Shown here: in pieces, positions 30,764 to 40,747 of the stretch | How positions within the stretch are numbered: position 1 is the stretch's first letter | Layout: every line of letters begins with the position of its first letter | Source: Spirochaetaceae bacterium | Lineage (GTDB): Bacteria; Spirochaetota; Spirochaetia; DSM-2461 | Reading direction: 5' to 3' | Assembly (NCBI GenBank): GCA_051531975.1 | Contig: JAOPTT010000002.1 | Span: 345,968 to 409,967, forward strand | DNA: 64,000 bases | The notes under the pieces: model-generated | What the model was told of the DNA's origin: nothing | The model's input: the letters and a program-made list of their open reading frames with translations, nothing else | The model's database searches: none | Program-made: the position numbers and the translations under genes

Positions 30764-32306
30764 AGATGATGACTTACTAATATTTACAGATGATAATATT
30801 ATCCCAAATGACGACATAGTTATTGAACCATGGAGAGTACTTATTGTTGATGATGAGATAGATATACATACCTTAACAAAAATGGTTTTAAAAGGTTTTA
30901 CATTTGAAAATAGGCCTTTAGAGATAAATAGTGTATATTCAGGTGCCGAGGCCATCGAGTTTCTAAAAATAGAGTCGGATATCGCTATTATTTTGTTAGA
31001 TGTTGTAATGGAAACAGAGGATGCTGGTCTTAGATGTGTAAAGATAATACGTGAAGAATTACAAAATCTAGAAACAAGAATTATTTTAAGGACTGGTCAA
31101 CCAGGACAAGCTCCAGAACAACAAATAATAGTTAATTATGACATAAATGACTATAAAGCTAAAACAGAATTAACAGCTTCTAAGCTCTTTACAACAATTA
31201 CTTCTTCATTAAGATCATACCAATATATTCAGACTATAAACCAAAATAAAATCGGACTTGAGAATATTATTGCTGCATCTAGTTTCTTATTTGAAGTTCA
31301 GTCATTCAGTCTCTTTGCTAAGGGTATTTTAAAGCAATTAACAGCTATTTTGAGTTTAGATAAAGATGCTTTATACATAAATTCCTCAAGTTTTTCTGCA
31401 TTTAAAGAGGCCGAGAAACCACAATATAGTATTCTGGCAGGAACGGGATCTTTTGCAAATCATGAAAAGAAAATTGTAGAAGATGTTTTATCTACAAGTA
31501 TTCAACAAAGGCTACAAAATGCTGTAGATAGACATGAAAGTATATTTGATGAAAATACATACACAGGTTATTTTGAAACCGTAAAAGGAGAACACACTTT
31601 ACTATATCTTCAGTGGCAAAGACCACTTACAGATGTAGATAAACATCTTATATCTATATTTGCAACTAATGTCGCTGCAGCATTTGAAAATATATCATTA
31701 CATAATGACATGTCTGAAGCTCAAAGAGAAATAGTTTATACCTTATCTGAAGTAATTGAAGGATTATCTAGTAATACTCCTTGCCATATAAAAAGTGTAA
31801 CCGATATTTCTTGTATTATTGCTCAGAAGCTAAAGTTAAGTGATCACGATATAGAAAACCTTAAAATGGCCGCTCCACTATATGATATTGGTAAAATTGC
31901 TGTTCCAAAATCAATTTTAATAAAACCAGGAGCTCTAACACCAGAAGAACGGGAAATTATGGAAAACCATACAAATAAAGGTTTTGAAGTATTTTCCGGT
32001 GCAAAAAGAGGTGTTATGTCAGCGGCTCAAATTATCTCTTCTCAGCACCATGAAAAGTGGAATGGAAATGGTTACCCTCTTGGATTAAAAGGTGAAGAAA
32101 TACATGTTTATGCACGAATTGTGGGATTAGCCGATGTAGTTGAAGCTTTAACAAATAAACGATCTTATGGAGAGCCTTGGGATATGAAAAAGGTCATCGA
32201 TTTAATTAAAGAAGAGAAAGGTCAACAGTTTGACCCGGAAGTTGTTGATGCATTTTTGGATTCTATAGATGAGATAAAAGCTATTAAATTAAAATATGGT
32301 GTTTAA
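30756..32306 (+). CDS. response regulator REC-DUF3369-HD-GYP (degenerate HD motif)
   Basis: VDDE, LLDVVME, RTGQPG, HHEKWNGNGYP; APLYDIGK in place of HDIGK. Confidence 0.88.
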   Translation: MFEDDDLLIFTDDNIIPNDDIVIEPWRVLIVDDEIDIHTLTKMVLKGFTFENRPLEINSVYSGAEAIEFLKIESDIAIILLDVVMETEDAGLRCVKIIREELQNLETRIILRTGQPGQAPEQQIIVNYDINDYKAKTELTASKLFTTITSSLRSYQYIQTINQNKIGLENIIAASSFLFEVQSFSLFAKGILKQLTAILSLDKDALYINSSSFSAFKEAEKPQYSILAGTGSFANHEKKIVEDVLSTSIQQRLQNAVDRHESIFDENTYTGYFETVKGEHTLLYLQWQRPLTDVDKHLISIFATNVAAAFENISLHNDMSEAQREIVYTLSEVIEGLSSNTPCHIKSVTDISCIIAQKLKLSDHDIENLKMAAPLYDIGKIAVPKSILIKPGALTPEEREIMENHTNKGFEVFSGAKRGVMSAAQIISSQHHEKWNGNGYPLGLKGEEIHVYARIVGLADVVEALTNKRSYGEPWDMKKVIDLIKEEKGQQFDPEVVDAFLDSIDEIKAIKLKYGV

Positions 32307-32371
32307 GAAGACTTTCTCTGAGTATACCATTGAATGAAAATGTACGTAATGTTGGTATTGCCATATTTAGT

Positions 32372-33385
32372 CTATTGCAGTTCATAGTATGTTGTGGACT
32401 GCCTTTCAATTAAACTACTATTTACAATTACACCTGTTGGTTTAAAATCTTCAATTTCAAGATTCTCAATTAATAATTTAGCAGCATTCTCACCTAACTC
32501 ATCAGCATTAATCTCTACAGTTGTTAGAGTTGGAGTTAAATAAGTAGAACGGGGAGTGTTATTAAAACCTGTAACCATAACATTTTGTATTTTTTTATCT
32601 TTTATAGCACTTAATACACCAAATGAGAACAGATCATCTGTGGTTACAACTGCATCTATCTCTTTAGGTATAAGTTCTATCATAGACTTATATCCATTTT
32701 CTTCGGTAAAATTATCATAAAAAAAGTGTGTCTTTACATCTGTATTAATATTGTTATCTTCTAATGCTCTTAAATAACCAGCATATCTATCCTTTGTTAC
32801 CCTTAATGTTTTTGCTCCACCAATAAAACATATTCTTTTTTTCCCTTTTTTAATTAAACTATTTACTACTTCGTACATAGCATCTGTATTGTTATTATCT
32901 ACCCAATTAATATCTTTAGAATTATCTGAAGATCCAATGATAACAAAAGGAAATTTTTGAGATTTTAAATATGAGATACATTTATCATTTTCGTATGCAT
33001 TTAACAAAACAATACCAGAAACCCAGCCACTTCTAATATATTTTTCAATAAACTTAACTTCTTCCACATCATCATTAGAGAAAGAGTACATTAAAAAGTA
33101 TCCTTTCTTTTGAGCATAGATACTTATTCCACGCATTGCATTTACAAAGAATGTATTTTTAAATAGATCATCAGAGTTATTTGGTAGAACAATGCCAATT
33201 GTTTTTGTTGGTTTACCTGCTAAAGAACTTGCCATAACATTAGGATGATAACCTAAGTTATCTATAGCTTTGTTTACCCTATCTTTAGTCTCTTTAGTTA
33301 TTTTTGGGTTATTATGCAGTACTCTTGATACAGTTGATTGTGAAACTTTAGCCTCTTTAGCGACCTCTTTAATTGTAACTCTCAT
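32372..33385 (-). CDS. LacI family transcriptional regulator (MalR-like)
   Basis: TIKEVAKEAKVSQSTVSRVL HTH; divergent from pgmB-GH65. Confidence 0.93.
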   Translation of the reverse strand: MRVTIKEVAKEAKVSQSTVSRVLHNNPKITKETKDRVNKAIDNLGYHPNVMASSLAGKPTKTIGIVLPNNSDDLFKNTFFVNAMRGISIYAQKKGYFLMYSFSNDDVEEVKFIEKYIRSGWVSGIVLLNAYENDKCISYLKSQKFPFVIIGSSDNSKDINWVDNNNTDAMYEVVNSLIKKGKKRICFIGGAKTLRVTKDRYAGYLRALEDNNINTDVKTHFFYDNFTEENGYKSMIELIPKEIDAVVTTDDLFSFGVLSAIKDKKIQNVMVTGFNNTPRSTYLTPTLTTVEINADELGENAAKLLIENLEIEDFKPTGVIVNSSLIERQSTTYYELQ

Positions 33386-33490
33386 TTCAAAAGATTCTCA
33401 TAGATAGGGCAACAATGCAATAAAAAATAAATAATTGCCCAATTTAAGACTTGATAATTGACGATTACAAATATTAGTTGTATAAATAAC

Positions 33491-33508
33491 TGTGCAAGCG
33501 ATTGCACA
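33491..33508. promoter_or_regulatory. LacI-type operator
   Basis: Palindrome TGTGCAAGCGATTGCACA with central CG, just downstream of TTGACG..TATAAA and upstream of the pgmB RBS. Confidence 0.8.
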
Positions 33509-33526
33509 ATACCTAGGAGAAATAAA

Positions 33527-34165
33527 ATGAAGGCCGTAATATTCGATTTAGATGGTGTTATTGTAGATACCGCAAAGTACCACTATCTGGCATGGGGGAA
33601 TCTAGCAAAAGAGTTAGGTTTTGTATTCACAGAAAATGATAACGAAAGATTAAAAGGTGTTTCTAGAGTAAGATCTTTAGAAATACTGTTAGAAATTGGA
33701 AATATAACTCTGTCAGAAGAAGATTTTAATAGATATGCTACCAAAAAGAATGAAGAGTATGTAAACCTTATAGAACAATTAACACCAAACGATATCCTAC
33801 CAGGAGTTAAAGATTTTATTGCTCTACTTAAAATGAATAATTATCTAATTTCTTTAGGTTCTGCGAGTAAAAATGCAGTTTTTATATTAAATCATTTAGG
33901 ATTAACTAAAGATTTTGATGTTATTGTTGATGGTACAAATGTTAATAAGGCAAAACCTGACCCTGAAGTATTTTTAGTTGCAGCAAAAAAGTTAGGTGTC
34001 CCGGCATCTGAGTGTGTTGTCTTTGAAGATGCAGTTGCAGGAGTTGAAGCTGGTAAAAATGCTTTAATGAGAGTAATTGGTGTTGGGCAACCTGATGTAT
34101 TAACTGGAGCTGATTTGGTTATATCAACTTTTGAAAACCTAACTTTAACATGTTTGGAGGCTTAA
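33527..34165 (+). CDS. pgmB: beta-phosphoglucomutase
   Basis: FDLDGVIVDTAKYHYLAW, LKGVSR, SASKNA, KPDPEVF; AGGAG RBS before ATG 33527. Confidence 0.93.
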   Translation: MKAVIFDLDGVIVDTAKYHYLAWGNLAKELGFVFTENDNERLKGVSRVRSLEILLEIGNITLSEEDFNRYATKKNEEYVNLIEQLTPNDILPGVKDFIALLKMNNYLISLGSASKNAVFILNHLGLTKDFDVIVDGTNVNKAKPDPEVFLVAAKKLGVPASECVVFEDAVAGVEAGKNALMRVIGVGQPDVLTGADLVISTFENLTLTCLEA

Positions 34166-34166
34166 T

Positions 34167-36461
34167 ATGGAAAAATATCTTGTAGAGAAACCTTGGAGAA
34201 TAGTTGAAGAGGGATTTGATAAGTCTAAAAATAGGTTTTCAGAGAGTGTATTTAGTTTAGGTAACGGATTTATGGGTCTTAGAGGTAACTTTGAAGAGAG
34301 TTATTCTGGAGATATGATGAACGGGACCTATCTAGCTGGAGTATATTATCCTGATAAAACTAGAGTTGGTTGGTGGAAAAATGGTTACCCTGAATATTTT
34401 GCTAAAGTATTAAACTCTACAAACTGGATTGGAATTAACATAGAAGTTGAACATGAGATGTTAGACCTTAACAAGTGTGAAATTTCTGCTTTTAGCAGAG
34501 AACTAGATATGGAAAAAGGGATATTAAAAAGAACCTTTACTGCTGTACTTTCTAACAATAACAAAATATCTGTAGAGACAACCAGATTTGTAAGCATGGA
34601 AAGAAACCAAATTGGTGCTATTTCTTATTCAATAAAATCACTTTCAAAAGATACTATGTTAAAAATTACTCCATATTTAGATGGGAATGTTCATAATGAA
34701 GATTCAAATTATGATGAATACTTTTGGGAACATAAAGGACAAGAATCCATAGCAGATAGGTCTTTTGTTAATTTAATGACTAAAAAAACTGAATTCTACT
34801 CTACAACCGGTATGAGCTTTGAGATTTTAAAAGATGGGGAAATGGAAAACATTTCTAGAAAAACGTCTGAGGTTCCAGGATATATAGAGCAAAATATTAC
34901 AACAAATTGTAAAAAAGGTCAGACTGTAACAATTAATAAATATGTATCTTGTGTTACTTCTAGAGACCATGAAGTTTCAGAATTAACTAAAGTATGTAAT
35001 AAAAATGTAGAGTCTGCTGAACTTAGTGGTTATGCAGTCCTAGAGAAAGAGCACATAGAAAAGTGGAGCCATATTTGGCAGACATGTGATGTTCAAATTG
35101 AAGGTTCAGTCTCTGCACAACAGGGTATCAGATTTAATATTTTTAACATGATGCAAACATATACTGGAGTAGATAGCAGACTAAACATAGGTCCAAAAGG
35201 ATTTACAGGAGAGAAGTATGGAGGAAGTACTTATTGGGATACAGAAGCTTACTGTATACCATTTTATTTAAGTACTACATCTGAAGATATTTCTAAGAAC
35301 CTTTTAATATACCGTTATAAACAACTTGATAAAGCGATCGAAAACGCTACAAAACTTGGTTTTACTGGTGGTGCTGCACTATTTCCTATGGTGACAATGA
35401 ATGGTGAAGAGTGCCATAATGAGTGGGAAATTACATTTGAAGAGATACATAGAAATGGTGCTATATTATATGGGATTTATACTTATATTCAAAAAACTAT
35501 GGATAAGGAATATCTTGCAGATTACGGTTTAGAGGTTCTTGTTGCAGTTTCTAGATTCTGGGCACAGAGAGTTAACTACTCAAAACAGAAGAATCAGTAT
35601 GTAATGTTAGGAGTCACAGGGCCGAATGAATATGAAAATAACGTAAATAATAACTGGTATTCAAATAAAATAGCCTCTTGGTCACTAAAATATACATTAG
35701 AATGTTTAGATTGGGTCAAAGATAACCACAAAGATAAATATGACAAAGTTATAGCTAAAATAAGTTTAACAACAAAGGAAACGGATAAGTTTAGCGAAGT
35801 TGCAAATAATATCTATTTACCAGAACAGGATGGGATATTTTTACAACAAGATGGATTTCTAGACAAAGATATTGTTAATGTTGATGATTTAAACAAATCT
35901 GAGAGACCAATAAACCAGAACTGGTCATGGGATAGAATTTTAAGATCATCTTGCATTAAACAAGCTGATGTTCTACAAGGTCTATATTTTTTCGAAGATG
36001 AATATACAGATAAACAACACATGGAGAACTTTAAGTTCTACGAGCCATTAACTGTTCACGAGTCATCATTATCCCCATGTGTTCATGGTATTTTAGCTTC
36101 TAAACTAGGATTAGAAGAGAAGGCATATGAAATGTATCTTAGAACTGCAAGATTGGATCTAGATAATTATAATAACGATACAGAAGATGGTTGCCATATA
36201 ACGAGTATGGCTGGAACATGGATGTCTATAGTACATGGTTTTGGTGGGTTAAGGTACAATGAAGGAATTATTACACTATCCCCTACCATACCTAGCGCTT
36301 GGCAATCGTATAATTTTAAAATTGCTGATAGAGGTGCCATAATATCTGTACATGTAACAAAAAAAGATATTTTAATACTCTCTGATTCTGATAGAGAAAT
36401 TACGATTTCAGGTATAACACATAGTATTGTAGCAGGTACAAAAAACAGTATAGCTTTATAA
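34167..36461 (+). CDS. glycoside hydrolase family 65, maltose phosphorylase-like
   Basis: YYPDKTRVGWWKNGYP, KGFTGEKYGG.TYWDTE, GPNEYENN, IKQADV, HESSLS. Confidence 0.92.
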   Translation: MEKYLVEKPWRIVEEGFDKSKNRFSESVFSLGNGFMGLRGNFEESYSGDMMNGTYLAGVYYPDKTRVGWWKNGYPEYFAKVLNSTNWIGINIEVEHEMLDLNKCEISAFSRELDMEKGILKRTFTAVLSNNNKISVETTRFVSMERNQIGAISYSIKSLSKDTMLKITPYLDGNVHNEDSNYDEYFWEHKGQESIADRSFVNLMTKKTEFYSTTGMSFEILKDGEMENISRKTSEVPGYIEQNITTNCKKGQTVTINKYVSCVTSRDHEVSELTKVCNKNVESAELSGYAVLEKEHIEKWSHIWQTCDVQIEGSVSAQQGIRFNIFNMMQTYTGVDSRLNIGPKGFTGEKYGGSTYWDTEAYCIPFYLSTTSEDISKNLLIYRYKQLDKAIENATKLGFTGGAALFPMVTMNGEECHNEWEITFEEIHRNGAILYGIYTYIQKTMDKEYLADYGLEVLVAVSRFWAQRVNYSKQKNQYVMLGVTGPNEYENNVNNNWYSNKIASWSLKYTLECLDWVKDNHKDKYDKVIAKISLTTKETDKFSEVANNIYLPEQDGIFLQQDGFLDKDIVNVDDLNKSERPINQNWSWDRILRSSCIKQADVLQGLYFFEDEYTDKQHMENFKFYEPLTVHESSLSPCVHGILASKLGLEEKAYEMYLRTARLDLDNYNNDTEDGCHITSMAGTWMSIVHGFGGLRYNEGIITLSPTIPSAWQSYNFKIADRGAIISVHVTKKDILILSDSDREITISGITHSIVAGTKNSIAL

Positions 36462-36467
36462 AATAAG

Positions 36468-36494
36468 AAGCTCCCTTAAATAGGGAGCTTTTTT
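36468..36494. terminator. bidirectional intrinsic terminator
   Basis: AAGCTCCCT-TAAAT-AGGGAGCTT-TTTT. Confidence 0.85.
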
Positions 36495-36708
36495 ATGCTT
36501 CTTTAACTTCTTTAACTTCTTTAATTATTGCAGAGATGTTTTCTTTACATCTAGTTCCTTTACAAGAACCTGTTGTCGCTCTAGTTCTTCTTTTAACGTC
36601 TTCTACAGTGGATGCGCCATTTTTTACAGCATCTATAATAGTGCCTTTTGATATAGAACGGCATAGACATACCTTTTTATATCTGTTCTTAATTTCTTCT
36701 TCTGTCAT
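36493..36708 (-). CDS. BFD-like (2Fe-2S)-binding protein
   Basis: VCLCRSI...TRATTGSCKGTRC. Confidence 0.85.
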   Translation of the reverse strand: MTEEEIKNRYKKVCLCRSISKGTIIDAVKNGASTVEDVKRRTRATTGSCKGTRCKENISAIIKEVKEVKEA

Positions 36709-36840
36709 ATAAAGCCTTCTTATTTGTAGTAATTGTTACTATTAAGCTATATGTTAAATAAAATTTAATCAATATAAAACTAGAAATTCTCGTAATTTAT
36801 GCTATTATTTACTAAACAATAAAAAACCAAGGAAGATACA

Positions 36841-38712
36841 TTGAAGATTCAACACAAAGCCAGGATGATAATATCCATATCAACTATAGCATTTACTCTT
36901 GCAAATGTGATCACTTTTTTTACTATAACTAAGATCTCCAATAAGCTTAATACAGGTTTTTTGCAAGTGAGTTTAATTGAAGTTGTAATAATGCTCCTTG
37001 TTGTAAATTTAGTTTTTACACCCCTTATAAAATCATATAACACAGATATCCCAGAGTTGGATAATAATCCAGAAGGTTATAAAGATTATATAAATAAGTT
37101 AGGAGGTGTTCCACTTAGAGGTTTATTACTATTTTTAATAACTACTATAATAGCATTAGTTATAATGAATACATTTCTAAAAGCCCAGGGTGTTCCTAAA
37201 GCAATTGCTAACGCATATTTAGGAGTTATGAGTGCTATTGGTATGTTATCCTCATCTTACATATATGTACTAAACGACAAACTTGTTTCTGAGTGTCTTT
37301 TAAATAATGGAATAAATGACTATCCCAAGGGGATCAAATCTAATAGACAAAAAATTAAAAGTGTAATTATTCCAACATTTATTGGTCTAATGTCTACAAT
37401 GTCTACTTTCTTTTTACTATTTATATCCTTAACAAACCTACCAAAAGATACAGAGGACATTCTAGGTCATGTTGTAAAATCAACTCTACCCCCTCTTTCA
37501 ATAATTCTAATTATTATAACAATTTTAGTTATTATGTGGTCTAATTCTACATCTGCTCTTTTTACAAATATAAATGGTCGATTAAAAGATATGATATCCC
37601 AAGATAAAGACTTAACTAAAAGAATTACAATATCATCTGTTGATGAACTTGGGCTAATTAGTGACAGAGTTAATAGATTCTCTGATTTAATTGGTGAACA
37701 TATGACAGAGACTAGGGAGATGTTTGTAGTTCAGAATCAATATCATGATGAGCTATTTGATAGCATTTGTAAATCTACTGAAAATGTTCATGAGATTGAC
37801 GAAAAGATAGATGAAACAATAAAACTTGTCGAAAAGAATGACAATATCGTTACATTAACTCTAACAACAGGAAAAGAGTTAATTAAAAACAGTGGTAATG
37901 TAGCAACACAAGTTGAGAGTCAAACGGTTAACGTAGCAGAGTCTTCTGCCGCAGTAGAAGAGATGATTGCATCTGTAAGAGAGGTAACAAAAAGAACTGG
38001 TGTTGTAAGAGAAAGAACAAATGCTTTAACTGGAGATTTTAATAGTGGGCAGACTAAGATAAAAGAGACTATAAAATCAGTAAGTAATGTAGTTGTTTTA
38101 TCTAACTCATTAATGGATATAAACACAGTAATTACTGGAATAGCGGCTAGGACAAATCTATTAGCAATGAATGCAGCAATTGAGGCTGCCCATGCAGGAG
38201 AAGCTGGTCGAGGATTTTCAGTTGTTGCCGATGAGATCAGAAAATTGGCTGAGAATACTGCTAGCCAAACTAAAACAAGTACAGCAAACCTTAAAGAGAT
38301 ATTAAAAGAGATTAATAACTCATTAACTATTGCAACAGATACAGGAAAGTCTTTTGATATAATGAAAAACAGCCTATCGGTAGTAGAGAATGAGACTTAC
38401 TCAATTGCAGAAGCTATGGAAGAGCACGACAAAGCTAATAATGAAGTATTAGGTCAGTTAACTGAAACTAATGAATTAGCGATTAAATTAAATGAACTCT
38501 CATCAAAATTAACATATCAAGGGAACTCAATGCTTGAGTATTTAGAGGAACTTGAGAAATCTTCCCATCAGTCTCTTAAAAATGCTCGAGATATCAAAGA
38601 GTTTAATGAACAGGTAACCCATGCTATGCAGGACTTAAATGAAATATCCTTAAAAACAGATGAGACTAATAAAAAAACTATGGAGTTAGTTAACGAATTT
38701 AAGGTTGAATAA
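36841..38712 (+). CDS. methyl-accepting chemotaxis protein
   Basis: Multi-TM N-terminus, [39 protein letters not shown]. Confidence 0.95.
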   Translation: MKIQHKARMIISISTIAFTLANVITFFTITKISNKLNTGFLQVSLIEVVIMLLVVNLVFTPLIKSYNTDIPELDNNPEGYKDYINKLGGVPLRGLLLFLITTIIALVIMNTFLKAQGVPKAIANAYLGVMSAIGMLSSSYIYVLNDKLVSECLLNNGINDYPKGIKSNRQKIKSVIIPTFIGLMSTMSTFFLLFISLTNLPKDTEDILGHVVKSTLPPLSIILIIITILVIMWSNSTSALFTNINGRLKDMISQDKDLTKRITISSVDELGLISDRVNRFSDLIGEHMTETREMFVVQNQYHDELFDSICKSTENVHEIDEKIDETIKLVEKNDNIVTLTLTTGKELIKNSGNVATQVESQTVNVAESSAAVEEMIASVREVTKRTGVVRERTNALTGDFNSGQTKIKETIKSVSNVVVLSNSLMDINTVITGIAARTNLLAMNAAIEAAHAGEAGRGFSVVADEIRKLAENTASQTKTSTANLKEILKEINNSLTIATDTGKSFDIMKNSLSVVENETYSIAEAMEEHDKANNEVLGQLTETNELAIKLNELSSKLTYQGNSMLEYLEELEKSSHQSLKNARDIKEFNEQVTHAMQDLNEISLKTDETNKKTMELVNEFKVE

Positions 38713-38719
38713 TAAAATC

Positions 38720-39613
38720 TTAAATTAGTTTATACAAGACCATCGCTGCAGCTAATAAAACTACAATTGCAAAATATTTTTTTAGCTTGGCAGCATGTAG
38801 TTTTTGGCCAATTCTAATACCTGTTTGTATCCCAATAGCACTTGCAATTAAAAGTGATAAAGCAATTCCTAAACTGATTTTACCAGGACCTGAAAAGCCT
38901 TTTTTTATTACTGCAACAACTGATGCAACTAATACAACTCCTAAACTAGTACCTGTAGCAACACTACCTGCTAAACCTACACCTAAAACTAATAAAGGTG
39001 TAAAAAGAACTCCGCCACTAATTCCAAGTAGACCTGTGAGTATTCCACCAATTAAACCAATCAAAATAAGACCAGAGATACTTAATCCATTTATTCCAGA
39101 TTGTACTAAATCAACTCTTGGTCCAATAGGAAACTTTTGTAGTAGAAGCTTTTTATCACTACGTTCATGTGGAGTAAAAAACATTATCCCTGCAATGATT
39201 ATAAGCAGTATAAAAAACACTGTTAGTGTAATTTGTTCAAAATAAGCTTGGTTACCATTTGCTACAGATGATAATAGAAAATTTTGTAATACATCACCTA
39301 AAATTGCTCCAATAGAACTACCCATTGCAATAAATAGAAATACTTTAAACTCTACGTTTCCATTTTTAAGTTGCTTTATGAATCCAGTACTACTTGTACC
39401 AATTATATAACATGTAGCACTTCCTCCAGCAACTTCTATTGGTATGCCTAATGCAATATTCATAAGTGGGACTAATAAGAAGCCTCCTCCTACGCCAAAC
39501 AGTCCAGCTAATAGACCTACACCAATACCTAAGCCTGCTAATACCAAAAACAGAGTTATACCTGAATAGTTCGCTGTAAAAGCTGGAAATATATAACTTA
39601 AAATGTCTTCCAT
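38720..39613 (-). CDS. sulfite exporter TauE/SafE family protein
   Basis: AGLFGVGGGFLLVP and GLLGISGGVLFTP; start at ATG 39613. Confidence 0.88.
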   Translation of the reverse strand: MEDILSYIFPAFTANYSGITLFLVLAGLGIGVGLLAGLFGVGGGFLLVPLMNIALGIPIEVAGGSATCYIIGTSSTGFIKQLKNGNVEFKVFLFIAMGSSIGAILGDVLQNFLLSSVANGNQAYFEQITLTVFFILLIIIAGIMFFTPHERSDKKLLLQKFPIGPRVDLVQSGINGLSISGLILIGLIGGILTGLLGISGGVLFTPLLVLGVGLAGSVATGTSLGVVLVASVVAVIKKGFSGPGKISLGIALSLLIASAIGIQTGIRIGQKLHAAKLKKYFAIVVLLAAAMVLYKLI

Positions 39614-39724
39614 ATTATTTAATATCCTTTTTAAACTTATCAAAAAAACCTAATACAGGAACCATTATGAACCCAAATATAAGAGGAACCAAAACCATTA
39701 ATAATACAGATATTATCTTATACA

Positions 39725-40747
39725 TTATCTCTTCCTTAATTTTTTATAGTAAAAATTTCTTAACTTTTCAACAAAGTTAAATAACCCAGCTAATGCAGAT
39801 AGATTATAATCATAACAGCCTAATCGGTGTATAATTTCTCCTCCAAAACCGGTTTTGAATCTATATAAACCATACATTGGATGATCTTTATCGTTTACTG
39901 GAGGTATTCCACAAAAGTCATAGGATTTACACCCTAAACTTTTAACAGTTTGTATAGCTTGCCATTGTAACAAATAAGCGGGCATTAAATTTCTTTTATT
40001 ATTTGATGAGGCACCATATAAATACGTAGCACTATCACCACAAATCATAACAAATATTCCGGCTAATAGTTCACCTTCGTATTCTGCAAAAAATAGCTTC
40101 ATATCTACATGTTCACTATCTTTAGCTCTGGTATAAACAGACTGATAATAATCTTTAGAGTGGATTGCTATAGAGTCTCTTTTCGCTGTGATTTTATACA
40201 TGTGATACCAAGCATCAAGTTCTGATATATTTGCTTCTCTAATAGTGACAGCTTTTTTACCAGCTAATTTAATGTTGTACCGAGTCTTTTTATGCATTTT
40301 AGCTAAAAGTTCATCCTCAGTTCCTGATAAGTCTAAAATTGTAGTATCTGGAACCTGAATATCGACAGTAGATTTGCTTAAACCCTTTAGAGGTTTTGGA
40401 TAAACATCACCAACAGTCCCAGCCAATAAATCGTATCTAATTAATAGCGTACCTTTAGGAAGATACTGCTTTAAACTTTTTGATAACTCAGTTAGGTTTT
40501 CTGTAGTAGATATATCCTGGGATGGTCCATGGGGAATATAAGCTAAAGATAGACCTTTAAAAATAGGTCTTAACATTACAACTAACCCCTGAACTGAACC
40601 AGCTACAGTAACTGCAAAAAAGTAGGGTTTAAATCCGTATTCTTCTTTAAGTTCTGCCCAAAACTGAGTTTGCATGAAGTTTGATCCGTAAAAAAGAGCT
40701 TGATGGTTACCAAGCTCTTCTCTTTTAATAGGTGTAACAGTTAACAA
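39725..40747 (-). CDS. FemAB/FemX family lipid II aminoacyltransferase
   Basis: FMQT.FW, YIPHGP, KTRYNIKLA, YLYGAS, YLLQW, YDFCGI, GLYRFKTGFGG. Confidence 0.9.
   Translation of the reverse strand: MLTVTPIKREELGNHQALFYGSNFMQTQFWAELKEEYGFKPYFFAVTVAGSVQGLVVMLRPIFKGLSLAYIPHGPSQDISTTENLTELSKSLKQYLPKGTLLIRYDLLAGTVGDVYPKPLKGLSKSTVDIQVPDTTILDLSGTEDELLAKMHKKTRYNIKLAGKKAVTIREANISELDAWYHMYKITAKRDSIAIHSKDYYQSVYTRAKDSEHVDMKLFFAEYEGELLAGIFVMICGDSATYLYGASSNNKRNLMPAYLLQWQAIQTVKSLGCKSYDFCGIPPVNDKDHPMYGLYRFKTGFGGEIIHRLGCYDYNLSALAGLFNFVEKLRNFYYKKLRKR

Noticed and set aside
33458..33526. 23-codon N-terminal extension of pgmB
   Set aside because: It spans the promoter and LacI operator; the AGGAG RBS and HAD motif position favour ATG 33527
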